32,000 bases of DNA from Candidatus Hermodarchaeota archaeon (GCA_048886185.1 JBHLKY010000004.1:120001-152000); one strand, 5' to 3'. Counted from the first letter of the stretch, positions 1 to 9,127 are shown. Translations and numbers: made by a program. Notes: generated from the sequence alone by a model not told the origin.

Positions 1-1175
1 ATTGCTTTCTCTATAAAGGGAAAATCATCTGGAATATTTCTTTGTTCGAAAAGCTGCAGTCCTAGTTGCCAAATATACAAAGCTAATTCTTCTACTTCTT
101 GGCCATAATTTAATTTTCTGCAGATATCTTCCATTTTGTCAAAATATACAAGAAATGGGAGATTGTCAAATTCACCTTTGAATGGTAAGAGAAGAGTATC
201 GACCTGATTTTTCCCTTCTTGAAAAAGATATTCTATGATTTTTTTACGTATTGCTTCATCACCAAATGATAGAGAATTATTGATTGCTTCATCAAAAAAA
301 CTAAATCCTTCTTCGACTTGCTTATTCTTAATATTTATTCTTCCTACTTCAAAAAGGATATCAGACATTTCATCAAGTGATTTTGCCAATAAATGAGCTT
401 CTCTTGATTTTGAAATAAGCATCATTGCAATTTGCTTTTTTTCTATATCCGAAAATCGATCCTGTAAAATTTCAAGACCTATTTCGGCATATACCTCTTT
501 CTCCTTATTTAATACATTTTCTTGATGAGTTTCATCATCAAATATACCACGGGCATCATCAAATAATAAGAATCCTCTTTCAAAACGAAGCTTTCTTATA
601 TTTAAATCAGCTTCAACAAGAAAAGCTTCAAAAATCGCTTCTTTGTTATTCATTAAATTATAAATAGTACGTGCTCTCTCAAATGCTTCATCTGCCTCTC
701 CCACGGCTTTTTTAGTATTTGTTAATTTTTTCCCAATTTCTATAAAAATTTCCCCAGCTCTAAGAAATTCTTCATTCCTTTGTACGATTCCAGAAACTAT
801 TTCTCTACACTCCCCAAGAAAATATCTGGTCATTGCACCATGTTTAGAAATGTATCGATTGCTTTCATTCAAGACTCGAATATATTCTTCGATTAATGGG
901 ATAGCTGCTGCCGCATACCGAAATAGTTCTTTTTTTGTTTTGTTTTTCCCTTTCCTGGCTGCGCTAATTATTTTTCTATAAAGTACAATGACTTTTTCTG
1001 TTTTCTTCACCTTTTGTTGAGCTGTAATTGCTCGCTCAAAGTATTTTAGACTTTCTATATAATTTTTCTGATCAATATAAACTTCTGCTAGCTCAACAGC
1101 TGCTTTGCTAGCATCTTCCCACTTTTTTTTCTTTTCTATTTTATTTAATTCATTGAGTTTATCCTCAATATTCAA
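1..1175 (-). CDS. Alpha-helical repeat (TPR/SNAP-like solenoid) protein, 3'-truncated by the window edge (>390 aa)
   Basis: Not in the ORF track because it has no stop in the window. Manual translation from TTG at 1175 (in-frame GTG at 1196 also possible) is open to base 1: LNIEDKLNELNKIEKKKKWEDASKAAVELAEVYIDQKNYIESLKYFERAITAQQK...EADEAFERARTIYNLM...LFEVGRINIKNKQVEEGFSFFDEAINNS. It has TPR-like A/G/Y/F helix-pair patterns and an AGGAG RBS about 11 nt upstream of the TTG. Confidence 0.85.
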   Translation of the reverse strand, partial: MNIEDKLNELNKIEKKKKWEDASKAAVELAEVYIDQKNYIESLKYFERAITAQQKVKKTEKVIVLYRKIISAARKGKNKTKKELFRYAAAAIPLIEEYIRVLNESNRYISKHGAMTRYFLGECREIVSGIVQRNEEFLRAGEIFIEIGKKLTNTKKAVGEADEAFERARTIYNLMNNKEAIFEAFLVEADLNIRKLRFERGFLLFDDARGIFDDETHQENVLNKEKEVYAEIGLEILQDRFSDIEKKQIAMMLISKSREAHLLAKSLDEMSDILFEVGRINIKNKQVEEGFSFFDEAINNSLSFGDEAIRKKIIEYLFQEGKNQVDTLLLPFKGEFDNLPFLVYFDKMEDICRKLNYGQEVEELALYIWQLGLQLFEQRNIPDDFPFIEKA

Positions 1176-1868
1176 TGAGAAGTCAACTCCTTTCACAGCG
1201 GGATCTTCACACAATCATGTGCTTTATAAGCAGAATCTTAGCATTAAAAATGATACAGAATCCAATCTCACATATTAGAAAGTTATAATTATTTTTCAAT
1301 AACCAACTCACACTTTAAATTGTTATTTGATACTCTTTATTTTCCTTAAATTATTTTCTTTATCACTTTTATAAAGGAATTTTGTCCTATCTAATCCTCT
1401 CTTACTATAAATTCTTAATAATTCAATAGAATAATGAAAAGTCACTTGAAATAACAATGAGGTATATATATTGGTATCTCTATTCTCTTTTAGTTTGCTT
1501 AATAATACGTAGAAAAAAAAAATATGTTTTCTTTGCCAATGGAAGTAGCTTCCACAGATATTCTTATATTCGCTGTAATTAGAAATCTTACGAAGAATAA
1601 AATAATCCTCAATTGAAGATCCCAGAAAAAAATAACATGACAATGAGACTAGGAAAATAATTTAAACTGTGTTTTCAAAAAATAATAAACCTAAAGAAAA
1701 TAAAAAAAAAATAATTGCCCCTAGATAGATTGGATGACGAGAAAACGCATAAAATCCTGTTTTCAAAAAAAAACTAAACAAATTGCAATTACTTCTGGCA
1801 GCATTAGCATGACATAAAATCCTTAATGCGACCTAAATTTTTTCGTTTAATAATGTTGAGGTTATAAA

Positions 1869-3317
1869 ATGAGAGTTGCAATGTTTGCGAGTGAAATGGT
1901 GCCCTACATTAAAACAGGGGGATTAGCTGATGTAATAGGGTCTTTACCTAGAGTTTTGGCTGAGAAAGGAGTCCATGTAGATGTTTTTATACCATACTAC
2001 AGAGATATTGAAAGACAAAAACTCCCCCTAAAAAAAATGCAATTCAGATTCAATATCAGAATCGGGTCTCGAAATTTTAAAGGCACCGCTCTTGAGCTGA
2101 CTCTAGAGGATTCAAATGTTAGGGTTTATTTTATTGATAATTATCGTTTGTTTAGACAACGCTCGGATCTTTATGTAAAGGATGGTCGAGATTATAAGGA
2201 CAATTTAACAAGATTCATATTTTTCTGTCGTGGAGCCCTAGAGACAATCAAATATCTTTCCACGTCTAAAAAATATGATGTTTTCCATATGCATGATTGG
2301 CAAACAGCTATAATCGGTCTTTATACCGAGTTATCAAAATTTTTACGTAAAGATCAGCCAATTCGTATGTATACGATTCATAATTTGGCTTACCAAGGCA
2401 AATTCAATCGATCCCAATTTCACCTATTAGGAATTCATCCCTCCCATTATGACTCTCTCCATTACTGGGGTAAATTCATTTTAATGAAGGCAGGGATAAT
2501 TTATTCAGACATTATCACTACTGTAAGTCCTAATTATGCCCGTGAAATTCAAACAGAACAGTATGGGGCTGGATTGGATTCCTTATTAAGAGAAAATAAA
2601 ACAAAAATCCATGGGATTCTTAATGGTGTTGACTATTGTGTTTGGAATCCTGAAATAGATAGATATATTCCCTCAAATTATTCTATTAATGAGTTAAATG
2701 GAAAACAAAGGTGTAAAACAGCTCTTCAACAACATTTTCTACTCACTGAAGACCCTGAGATCCCTTTATTGTGTGTAGTTTCAAGGCTTGCATGGCAAAA
2801 GGGAATGGACTTGATTCTCAGAGTCATCCCCAAATTTTTACAACAAGATCGGATTCAGTTTGTGTTATTAGGTATTGGTGATCCTCATCTAGAATCCCAG
2901 TTCAATGATTTGAGTAAATCTTACCCCTCAAAAACTGGGATCGCATTGACATACAACGATCACTTGGCTCATCAGATCGAAGCAGGGGCAGATATTTTTC
3001 TTATGCCTTCTCGTTATGAACCCTGTGGATTAAATGATAAATATAGTTTGAAGTATGGCACAGTACCCATTGCATACAAAACAGGAGGATTAGCAGATAG
3101 TATTATCGATTATACAACCAATATAAATCACGGTACTGGGTTCTTATTCGAGACTTATAATGAACTACACTTCTCCTCAGCTATTGACACCGCTCTCAGG
3201 ATTTTCCAGTCTAAAAAAGAGTGGAGACAATTAATGAAAAGAGGAATGAAACAGGATTTCTCTTGGCAGAATTCGGCAGATGCCTATTTTAAGTTATATC
3301 AAACTAAAATTTCGTGA
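1869..3317 (+). CDS. glgA: Glycogen/starch synthase (GT5)
   Basis: N-terminal KTGGLADV ADP-glucose-binding motif, HMHDWQT, TIHNLAYQG, GILNGVDY, VSRLAWQKG, PSRYEPCGL and KTGGLADS motifs; 482 aa. Confidence 0.97.
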   Translation: MRVAMFASEMVPYIKTGGLADVIGSLPRVLAEKGVHVDVFIPYYRDIERQKLPLKKMQFRFNIRIGSRNFKGTALELTLEDSNVRVYFIDNYRLFRQRSDLYVKDGRDYKDNLTRFIFFCRGALETIKYLSTSKKYDVFHMHDWQTAIIGLYTELSKFLRKDQPIRMYTIHNLAYQGKFNRSQFHLLGIHPSHYDSLHYWGKFILMKAGIIYSDIITTVSPNYAREIQTEQYGAGLDSLLRENKTKIHGILNGVDYCVWNPEIDRYIPSNYSINELNGKQRCKTALQQHFLLTEDPEIPLLCVVSRLAWQKGMDLILRVIPKFLQQDRIQFVLLGIGDPHLESQFNDLSKSYPSKTGIALTYNDHLAHQIEAGADIFLMPSRYEPCGLNDKYSLKYGTVPIAYKTGGLADSIIDYTTNINHGTGFLFETYNELHFSSAIDTALRIFQSKKEWRQLMKRGMKQDFSWQNSADAYFKLYQTKIS

Positions 3318-4633
3318 TTAGAATGGTTGAACTCTCTCTTTTAAAAGGAACAAATGATCACCTTCCCGAGGAGCAGGTCTTACGGGAGAAAATATTGGAA
3401 ATTATTAGGGAAGTTTTCCAATTATATGGTTTTCAACCAGCCACTACTCCAATACTCGAGAGATGGGATGTTCTATCGTCCAAATATGCAGGTGGAGCTG
3501 AAATATTAAAGGAAACCTATCGTTTGACGGATCAGGGACAAAGAGAACTTGGTTTGAGATATGATCTTTCTGTTCCTCTAGCAAGACTCGTTGGTATGAA
3601 TCCCCACTTAGGAAAACCGTTCAAACGGTACGAAATTGGGACATGTTTTCGCGATGGGCCAATTAAGAAAGGCCGTTATCGCGAGTTCGTTCAATGTGAT
3701 GCTGACATTATTGGGGTAGCGTCGACATTGGCTGACGCAGAATGTTTAGCGTTAGCACACAATCTTTTCTCAAGATTGGGATTAGAAACTTATCTAGAAG
3801 TTAATAATCGAAAACTTTTAACAGGTATTTTACTTTCTGCTGGTGTTTCTAAACGCCTGTTGGATAGTGTGATACTCTCTGTTGATAAATTGAAGAAAAT
3901 AGGTATTAATGGTGTATATGAGGAATTAGAAGCTAAAGGAATTCCTTTAAAGATAATGAATGAAATATTCAGTTATTTTAACTATGAGGGATCATATTTG
4001 GAGATTTTAGACGAATTAGAGCCACGGGTCGAAAATCAAATAGGGAAAGAAGGAATCGCTGAATTAAGACAACTATACCATTATTTGAAGCTGTTTAATA
4101 TCGAAAAAGAAGTTAAATTATTGTACAGCCTTGCTAGGGGGTTAGAAATCTACACAGGAACCGTTTTTGAGGCTTTTCTAAAGAAACCTGGGATAATCGA
4201 TTCGTCTCTGTGCGGAGGTGGGCGTTATGATAAAATTATTGGTAAATTTCTTGAATCTGAAGAACGATATCCAGCAACAGGTATTTCCTTTGGACTAGAT
4301 ACGATTTATGAGGCAATAGCGACAAGTTGGCAGAGTAAACCTTCGATAACTGACGTTTACATCATTCCTATTAAAACACTTGATCAAGTTATTGGTTTAA
4401 CTACTGAATTACGACAAAATAATGTTCGTGCAGAGTTTGATTTATTAGACAGAAGCTTATCAAAAAATCTAGAATATGCGAATCGTCATCAAATACCTTA
4501 TGTTATTATTCTGGGACAAAGAGATCTTTTAAAAAACTCTGCAACTCTTAGAATAATGAAAGATGGTTCAGAACTGCAAATTAGTCTAAAAAATATTGTT
4601 AAAGAAGTGAAACAAATCATTGGCAATGATTAA
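3314..4633 (+). CDS. hisS: Histidine--tRNA ligase
   Basis: LKGTND, TPILE, LRYDLSVPLAR, GRYREFVQCDADIIG, LARGLEIYTGTVFE, GGGRYD and GISFGLD motifs plus a C-terminal anticodon-binding domain. The GTG start overlaps the glgA TGA; ATG at 3323 is an alternative start. Confidence 0.97.
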   Translation: MIRMVELSLLKGTNDHLPEEQVLREKILEIIREVFQLYGFQPATTPILERWDVLSSKYAGGAEILKETYRLTDQGQRELGLRYDLSVPLARLVGMNPHLGKPFKRYEIGTCFRDGPIKKGRYREFVQCDADIIGVASTLADAECLALAHNLFSRLGLETYLEVNNRKLLTGILLSAGVSKRLLDSVILSVDKLKKIGINGVYEELEAKGIPLKIMNEIFSYFNYEGSYLEILDELEPRVENQIGKEGIAELRQLYHYLKLFNIEKEVKLLYSLARGLEIYTGTVFEAFLKKPGIIDSSLCGGGRYDKIIGKFLESEERYPATGISFGLDTIYEAIATSWQSKPSITDVYIIPIKTLDQVIGLTTELRQNNVRAEFDLLDRSLSKNLEYANRHQIPYVIILGQRDLLKNSATLRIMKDGSELQISLKNIVKEVKQIIGND

Positions 4634-4708
4634 TTTAAATAAATGTAGAAAATATAATAGGTTTGTATCTCTCTAAAATATTGGGTTAATTTTTGTTGGA
4701 ATGATGGG

Positions 4709-5506
4709 ATGAGAAGCTCATTCAGCGTATTTATCGTATTTTTTTCGAATATAATTGAATTATGTTTCTCACAAAGTGACGATCTCCGGGTATCTAATGA
4801 AAAAATGAATATTTCGCAATTTTTACTGATGATAACAACCCAGTTTGTTATACAAGTAGCACAATTAAAGAAAAAATGGCAAAAATGGATATTCTTTGTT
4901 CTAACTTCAGCTATTGGTGAGGGATTTAAAATTGACAGTTGCCGGGATTATCCGAGAGAGGAGTTTACAGGAGTGAACCTCGAAAAATTCCTAGTTAATG
5001 AATATGATCTCATTGTTAATATGCTGGATGAAGAATGCTCTCTAAGAATAGATCCCAACGTAAAGGAAAATTTCTTTACTTTAATTGAGAACCATAAATC
5101 AAAGATTCTAAAACAAAAAATTACCAAATATTCTCTCCCACTGAATAATGATTACAAGAAAGATAGAATTCGTATATTAGATTTAACCCTGATAATGAAG
5201 AGAAGCAAATTAGTCACTCCAACTCTTAAAGAAGTTCAGAGCTGGATTTTAACTTGGAATCCATTAAAAGAGAGTGAATTCAGTCTATTGGATAAAGTAC
5301 TTGTTAATAATGGGATTCTCGATCTCTCGGAGCTACCACCATTCCTTAATAATGAAGAAATTCTCAGGAAAGGATGGAAGGACTATCTTGACACATCTCT
5401 CAGTCAACCAAGAGGCTTGATTTGCCCAAAATGCAAAATAACTTATAAAGCAAATATCTACGCAAAAACTTGTAATTCATGCCAAACTCGATTAAAAAAA
5501 GCATGA
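4709..5506 (+). CDS. Hypothetical protein with C-terminal Zn ribbon (CPKC-x12-CNSC)
   Basis: 265-aa ORF ending CPKCKITYKANIYAKTCNSCQTRLKKA. The start is uncertain; in-frame ATG at 4805 is an alternative. Confidence 0.7.
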   Translation: MRSSFSVFIVFFSNIIELCFSQSDDLRVSNEKMNISQFLLMITTQFVIQVAQLKKKWQKWIFFVLTSAIGEGFKIDSCRDYPREEFTGVNLEKFLVNEYDLIVNMLDEECSLRIDPNVKENFFTLIENHKSKILKQKITKYSLPLNNDYKKDRIRILDLTLIMKRSKLVTPTLKEVQSWILTWNPLKESEFSLLDKVLVNNGILDLSELPPFLNNEEILRKGWKDYLDTSLSQPRGLICPKCKITYKANIYAKTCNSCQTRLKKA

Positions 5507-5542
5507 CAATCCTTTAAGCAGTCTTTTAAGGAGCATAACTAG

Positions 5543-7012
5543 ATGATTGATTTAACACAAAACAAAGATGTACTTAATCGTGCTGTACAGCGAGCACGAG
5601 AACGAAATATAATTATTCCAACTTTTAAAGAGCAAAAACATCCAGAAGAAATGGTCTCTAATTCGATAAAAGAAGAATTAACCAATCTAAGCTTATGGGA
5701 TGTTCATCCACGAAATCTTTTCAGAATTACTTGGAAGAATGAGCCAAAAGAGCTTGGTGGGGGTTATAAAAGGGTGGCCAATTATCTTGAACTCCCGCCT
5801 GAGTTGACAGGAGTTGAAGCACGAATCATCGCTCTCATTGGGAAATGGTTTCCAACAGGAGCTCATAAAGTTGGTGCAGCATATGGTTGTTTAGTCCCTC
5901 GTCTTGTAACAGGACAATTTGATCCTACTACACAAAAAGCTGTTTGGCCAAGCACTGGAAATTATTGCCGAGGAGGAGCATTTGACTCTTCTCTTTTGGC
6001 GTGTAATTCGATCGCTATTTTACCAGAAGAAATGAGTCGTGAAAGATTTGATTGGTTGAAAACAGTCAGTGGGGAGATTATTAAAACACCAGGAGGGGAA
6101 TCAAATGTTAAAGAGATCTTTGATAAATGTTGGGAATTGAAAAAAGAACGAGGAGACGATGCAATCGTCATCTTCAACCAGTTTGATGAATTTGGGAACC
6201 ATTTATGGCATTATGAAGTGACTGGAAACGCAATGAAAGAAGTACTCGAGAAGGAACTGAACGGTAATAATTTCAGGGGAGTTTGTTTAACAACTGGTTC
6301 CGCAGGGACCATTGGAAGTGGTGATTACCTGAAAGAGCTTTTCCCAACCAGTAAAATGGTTGCAGGGGAGTCAATTCAATGTCCTACTTTGTTACTTAAT
6401 GGTTATGGTTATCATCGTATCGAAGGAATAGGGGACAAACACGTTCCATGGATCCACAATGTGAAAAATACCGATATGATTATTGCTATAGACGATCATG
6501 ATTGTATGAACTTAGTTCGCCTATTTAATGAGCCAGTTGGACATGCATATCTTCGAGAACAGGGAGTTCCAGAAATCTGTGTGGATCAACTTCATCTCTT
6601 AGGTATATCCAGTATTGCAAATGTTCTCATGGCTATCAAATTCGCCAAATATTATGAATTGACACGAAAAGATGTAATTTTAACAGTTTTTACAGATTCC
6701 ATGGAATTATATGGGTCGAGAGTCAGGGAACTTAGAGCGGAATTTGGAGAGTATAATGAACGTAGTGCATCAGCAGATTTCTATCGTTCTTTACATGGAA
6801 TAAGAACTGATAGTATGGCTGAACTTCGTTACATTGAACGAAAAAGAATCCACCATCTCAAATATTTTACTTGGATTGAGCAGCAGGGAAAGTCCCTTGA
6901 GGAATTGGACAGACAGTGGCATGATTATGATAACTATTGGAGTTCTATTAAATTGTTAACTCCGAAAATTGACAGATTAATAAAAGAATTCAATGAAAAG
7001 GTTGGATTATAA
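5543..7012 (+). CDS. PLP-dependent enzyme, fold type II (tryptophan synthase beta / cysteine synthase / threonine synthase superfamily), substrate unknown
   Basis: FPTGAHKVG (candidate Schiff-base Lys), WPSTGNY, TTGSAGTIG phosphate loop, HRIEGIGDKH, LGISS; AAGGAG RBS at 5528-5533. Confidence 0.88.
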   Translation: MIDLTQNKDVLNRAVQRARERNIIIPTFKEQKHPEEMVSNSIKEELTNLSLWDVHPRNLFRITWKNEPKELGGGYKRVANYLELPPELTGVEARIIALIGKWFPTGAHKVGAAYGCLVPRLVTGQFDPTTQKAVWPSTGNYCRGGAFDSSLLACNSIAILPEEMSRERFDWLKTVSGEIIKTPGGESNVKEIFDKCWELKKERGDDAIVIFNQFDEFGNHLWHYEVTGNAMKEVLEKELNGNNFRGVCLTTGSAGTIGSGDYLKELFPTSKMVAGESIQCPTLLLNGYGYHRIEGIGDKHVPWIHNVKNTDMIIAIDDHDCMNLVRLFNEPVGHAYLREQGVPEICVDQLHLLGISSIANVLMAIKFAKYYELTRKDVILTVFTDSMELYGSRVRELRAEFGEYNERSASADFYRSLHGIRTDSMAELRYIERKRIHHLKYFTWIEQQGKSLEELDRQWHDYDNYWSSIKLLTPKIDRLIKEFNEKVGL

Positions 7013-7572
7013 AGCTCGATTATAATAATATTAACAAACCATGTAAGTAATTGACACAATTCGTGCTGCCCAGAGACATCCTCCTGATTATGTAAATTTG
7101 GTACTTCAGGTGAAAGAATGGCAAGAATTTTGTAGAAAAATATGATCTTCGACAGTTTATATTGGGCATATCTCACTCATGCTTATACCATGGAAGTTTG
7201 TTTATTGTTAAAAGATATAATGTCGTAAAATAACAGTTTGGAGACGTTTGAATCAAATGTTGTATAACCAACGTTTTTAACCCAAGAAAAGCTTTACAGT
7301 CGCTTTATATACTCTTGATGTAAAAAAATTTCATATAAGGATAATTTAACGAACTCCTCAAGTAGCATTATAAACAGTTGTTCTTTTTCTTTTAGATGGC
7401 ATTTTATCTGTTTAGAATTTGATCTTATGGTTCGATAACACTTATTGAGAATTTGTTGTATTCATATTTGATTTTTTTTGTATTAAATTTGAATGCTCAC
7501 TCCCAAGTGTTTCAACACATAATTCTAGTTCTTCTCTAGTTAAAATTAGCTAATTTATATTAAATGATGAGA

Positions 7573-7737
7573 ATGAGCTATAGAAAAAGAGACAATTACA
7601 ATCGCACACCACGAGAAATGCACAAGGTCACTTGTGCAGATTGTGGAACAGAAACCGAGGTTCCTTTCAAACCTGATGGAACAAGACCTGTCTATTGTAG
7701 AGATTGTTATAGAAAAAGACGCCCAAGAAGGTATTAA
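7573..7737 (+). CDS. Small CxxC-x17-CxxC zinc-binding domain protein (54 aa)
   Basis: Manual translation: MSYRKRDNYNRTPREMHKVTCADCGTETEVPFKPDGTRPVYCRDCYRKRRPRRY*. It has exact CxxC-x17-CxxC spacing with the family-typical REMHK.TC..CG...EVPFKP...RPVYC pattern. It is below the ORF-track length cutoff; in-frame ATGs at 7564/7567 are alternative starts. Confidence 0.93.
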   Translation: MSYRKRDNYNRTPREMHKVTCADCGTETEVPFKPDGTRPVYCRDCYRKRRPRRY

Positions 7738-7914
7738 CCCAACTTATCTAAGAGTTTTTCCAATCGTTCATCATTCATTACCTCTCTAAGTTCAACTAGA
7801 TCGTCTTTACTTCTAATGAAATAATCTCTCTTCTTTTTTGGGTTTCCTGATTCATCAACTGGATTTAGTGCTACTATTAGAGAAGGATCTTGATTTTTTC
7901 TTGGTGGAGGTCAT
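7734..7914 (-). pseudogene. Frameshifted/start-less remnant of a small conserved archaeal hypothetical protein
   Basis: Minus frame 7910->7734 reads PPPRKNQDPSLIVALNPVDESGNPKKKRDYFIRSKDDLVELREVMNDERLEKLLDKLG*. From memory (not searched) this resembles an archaeal hypothetical family with an LNPVD..GNP.K.R..RS core. The nearest ATG (7914) is out of frame by one base, and two TGA codons lie immediately upstream in-frame. Confidence 0.5.
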
Positions 7915-8335
7915 ACTCAATCCCACCTATTAAAGCTCCCCCTCTCGGAGGTTTATTTTTATGCAATCCTTCTATAGAAGGTTCTTTCTGAGTTTTGGAA
8001 ATTACACGGACATATGTATTTTTTTTATAATTCCAATTTTTGGAATTGCTATCCAAATTATTGATAATCTATTCTCCCCTTATTTGATTTATTGATCTTA
8101 AATTCATTAAGATATTCTTTTAGGAACAGAGGTTCCATTTTCCCAAATCTATAAGATAGAATGAATGTTATTCCAAACAATATTTCTTGGTAGTAGTATA
8201 ATCCAATCGATCCGACTTATTCAAAGGAATTGGGGTTATGAGTAGGGATTTGGATTATTCTATTTCAATTTAAAGATTACCAGAATCATATCTTATTTAA
8301 ATATTAAATCTATATCTAGATCTGGTGTCAAAATA

Positions 8336-9127
8336 ATGAAAAATAGTATAAAACTTGAAAAAGCGTCAATAGAGGATGCAGAAATACTCGCAAAGATTTC
8401 TAAAAAAGCGTTTGACTCTGATCATTTGGTAGGTTCTCCATTTGGTAAAGGTGGCCCTCCAGGTTACGATTCACCTGATTCATATATCAGGCTTATGAAA
8501 GGTTTTGAATGTTATAAGATTCTAATTAATAGCAAAATTATCGGTTTTATGGCTTATAATCCAAAAAAGAAGACTAATTATGTAATGGAGCGTATTTTTA
8601 TTGACCCTGACTATCATAAACGAGGAATAGCAAGTGAGGCAATGTCCAGCTTATTTAATAAATTTCCAGATGTTGTTTGGACCTTAGAGACTCCAGAATG
8701 GAACAAAAGAACAAGAAATTTCTATAAAAAAAATGGTTTTCGACAAGTAGGTTTGGAACATACCTGTAATCCAGGAGGTAAATGGAAATGTATCTGGTAT
8801 CAAAGGGATTGCGAGGGAGTTGAGATTATCCAAAAAATCGGGGATTTGAAAGATGGTTCAACTGATGTTATTGTAAAGGGTATTGTAAAAAATATAACTG
8901 AAGGTCATAAGGTTAAACTTCAAAGTGATGAGGAAGAATTAACAGTTGCTACTGTTATACTTGAAGATGAAACAGGTCAAATAAAATTTACTCTATGGAA
9001 TAAATTAATTTCATGTGTCAAATTAAATAAACCTTTCAGAATTGATTTTGGAAAAGTTACCTCATACAATAATGAGCTTCAACTGAATGTTGATTGGTAT
9101 GGTAGGATTATTGAAATCACCCAATAA
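8336..9127 (+). CDS. GNAT N-acetyltransferase fused to a C-terminal SSB/RPA-type OB fold
   Basis: N-terminal GNAT: GGPPGYDS, motif A RIFIDPDYHKRGIAS, WTLETPEWNKRTRNFYKKNGF. C-terminal ~100 aa (about 8828-9124): KIGDLKDG..DVIVKGIV...ATVILEDETGQIKFTLWN...GKVTSYNNELQLNV, matching the single-OB crenarchaeal SSB pattern (DETG.I/VK.TLW). Confidence 0.9.
   Translation: MKNSIKLEKASIEDAEILAKISKKAFDSDHLVGSPFGKGGPPGYDSPDSYIRLMKGFECYKILINSKIIGFMAYNPKKKTNYVMERIFIDPDYHKRGIASEAMSSLFNKFPDVVWTLETPEWNKRTRNFYKKNGFRQVGLEHTCNPGGKWKCIWYQRDCEGVEIIQKIGDLKDGSTDVIVKGIVKNITEGHKVKLQSDEEELTVATVILEDETGQIKFTLWNKLISCVKLNKPFRIDFGKVTSYNNELQLNVDWYGRIIEITQ

Noticed and set aside
425-667. 80-aa plus-strand ORF
   Set aside because: It is antisense to the long open minus-strand helical-repeat gene (<1..1175).
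1323-1643. 106-aa minus-strand ORF in the AT-rich spacer
   Set aside because: No RBS or recognisable motif; composition is dominated by poly-A/T-derived residues, so it is probably a chance ORF.
6934-7176. 80-aa minus ORF overlapping the PLP enzyme 3' end; also an MSEICPI* micro-frame at about 7180
   Set aside because: It overlaps a confident gene, has no motif, and the alternative frames are riddled with stops.
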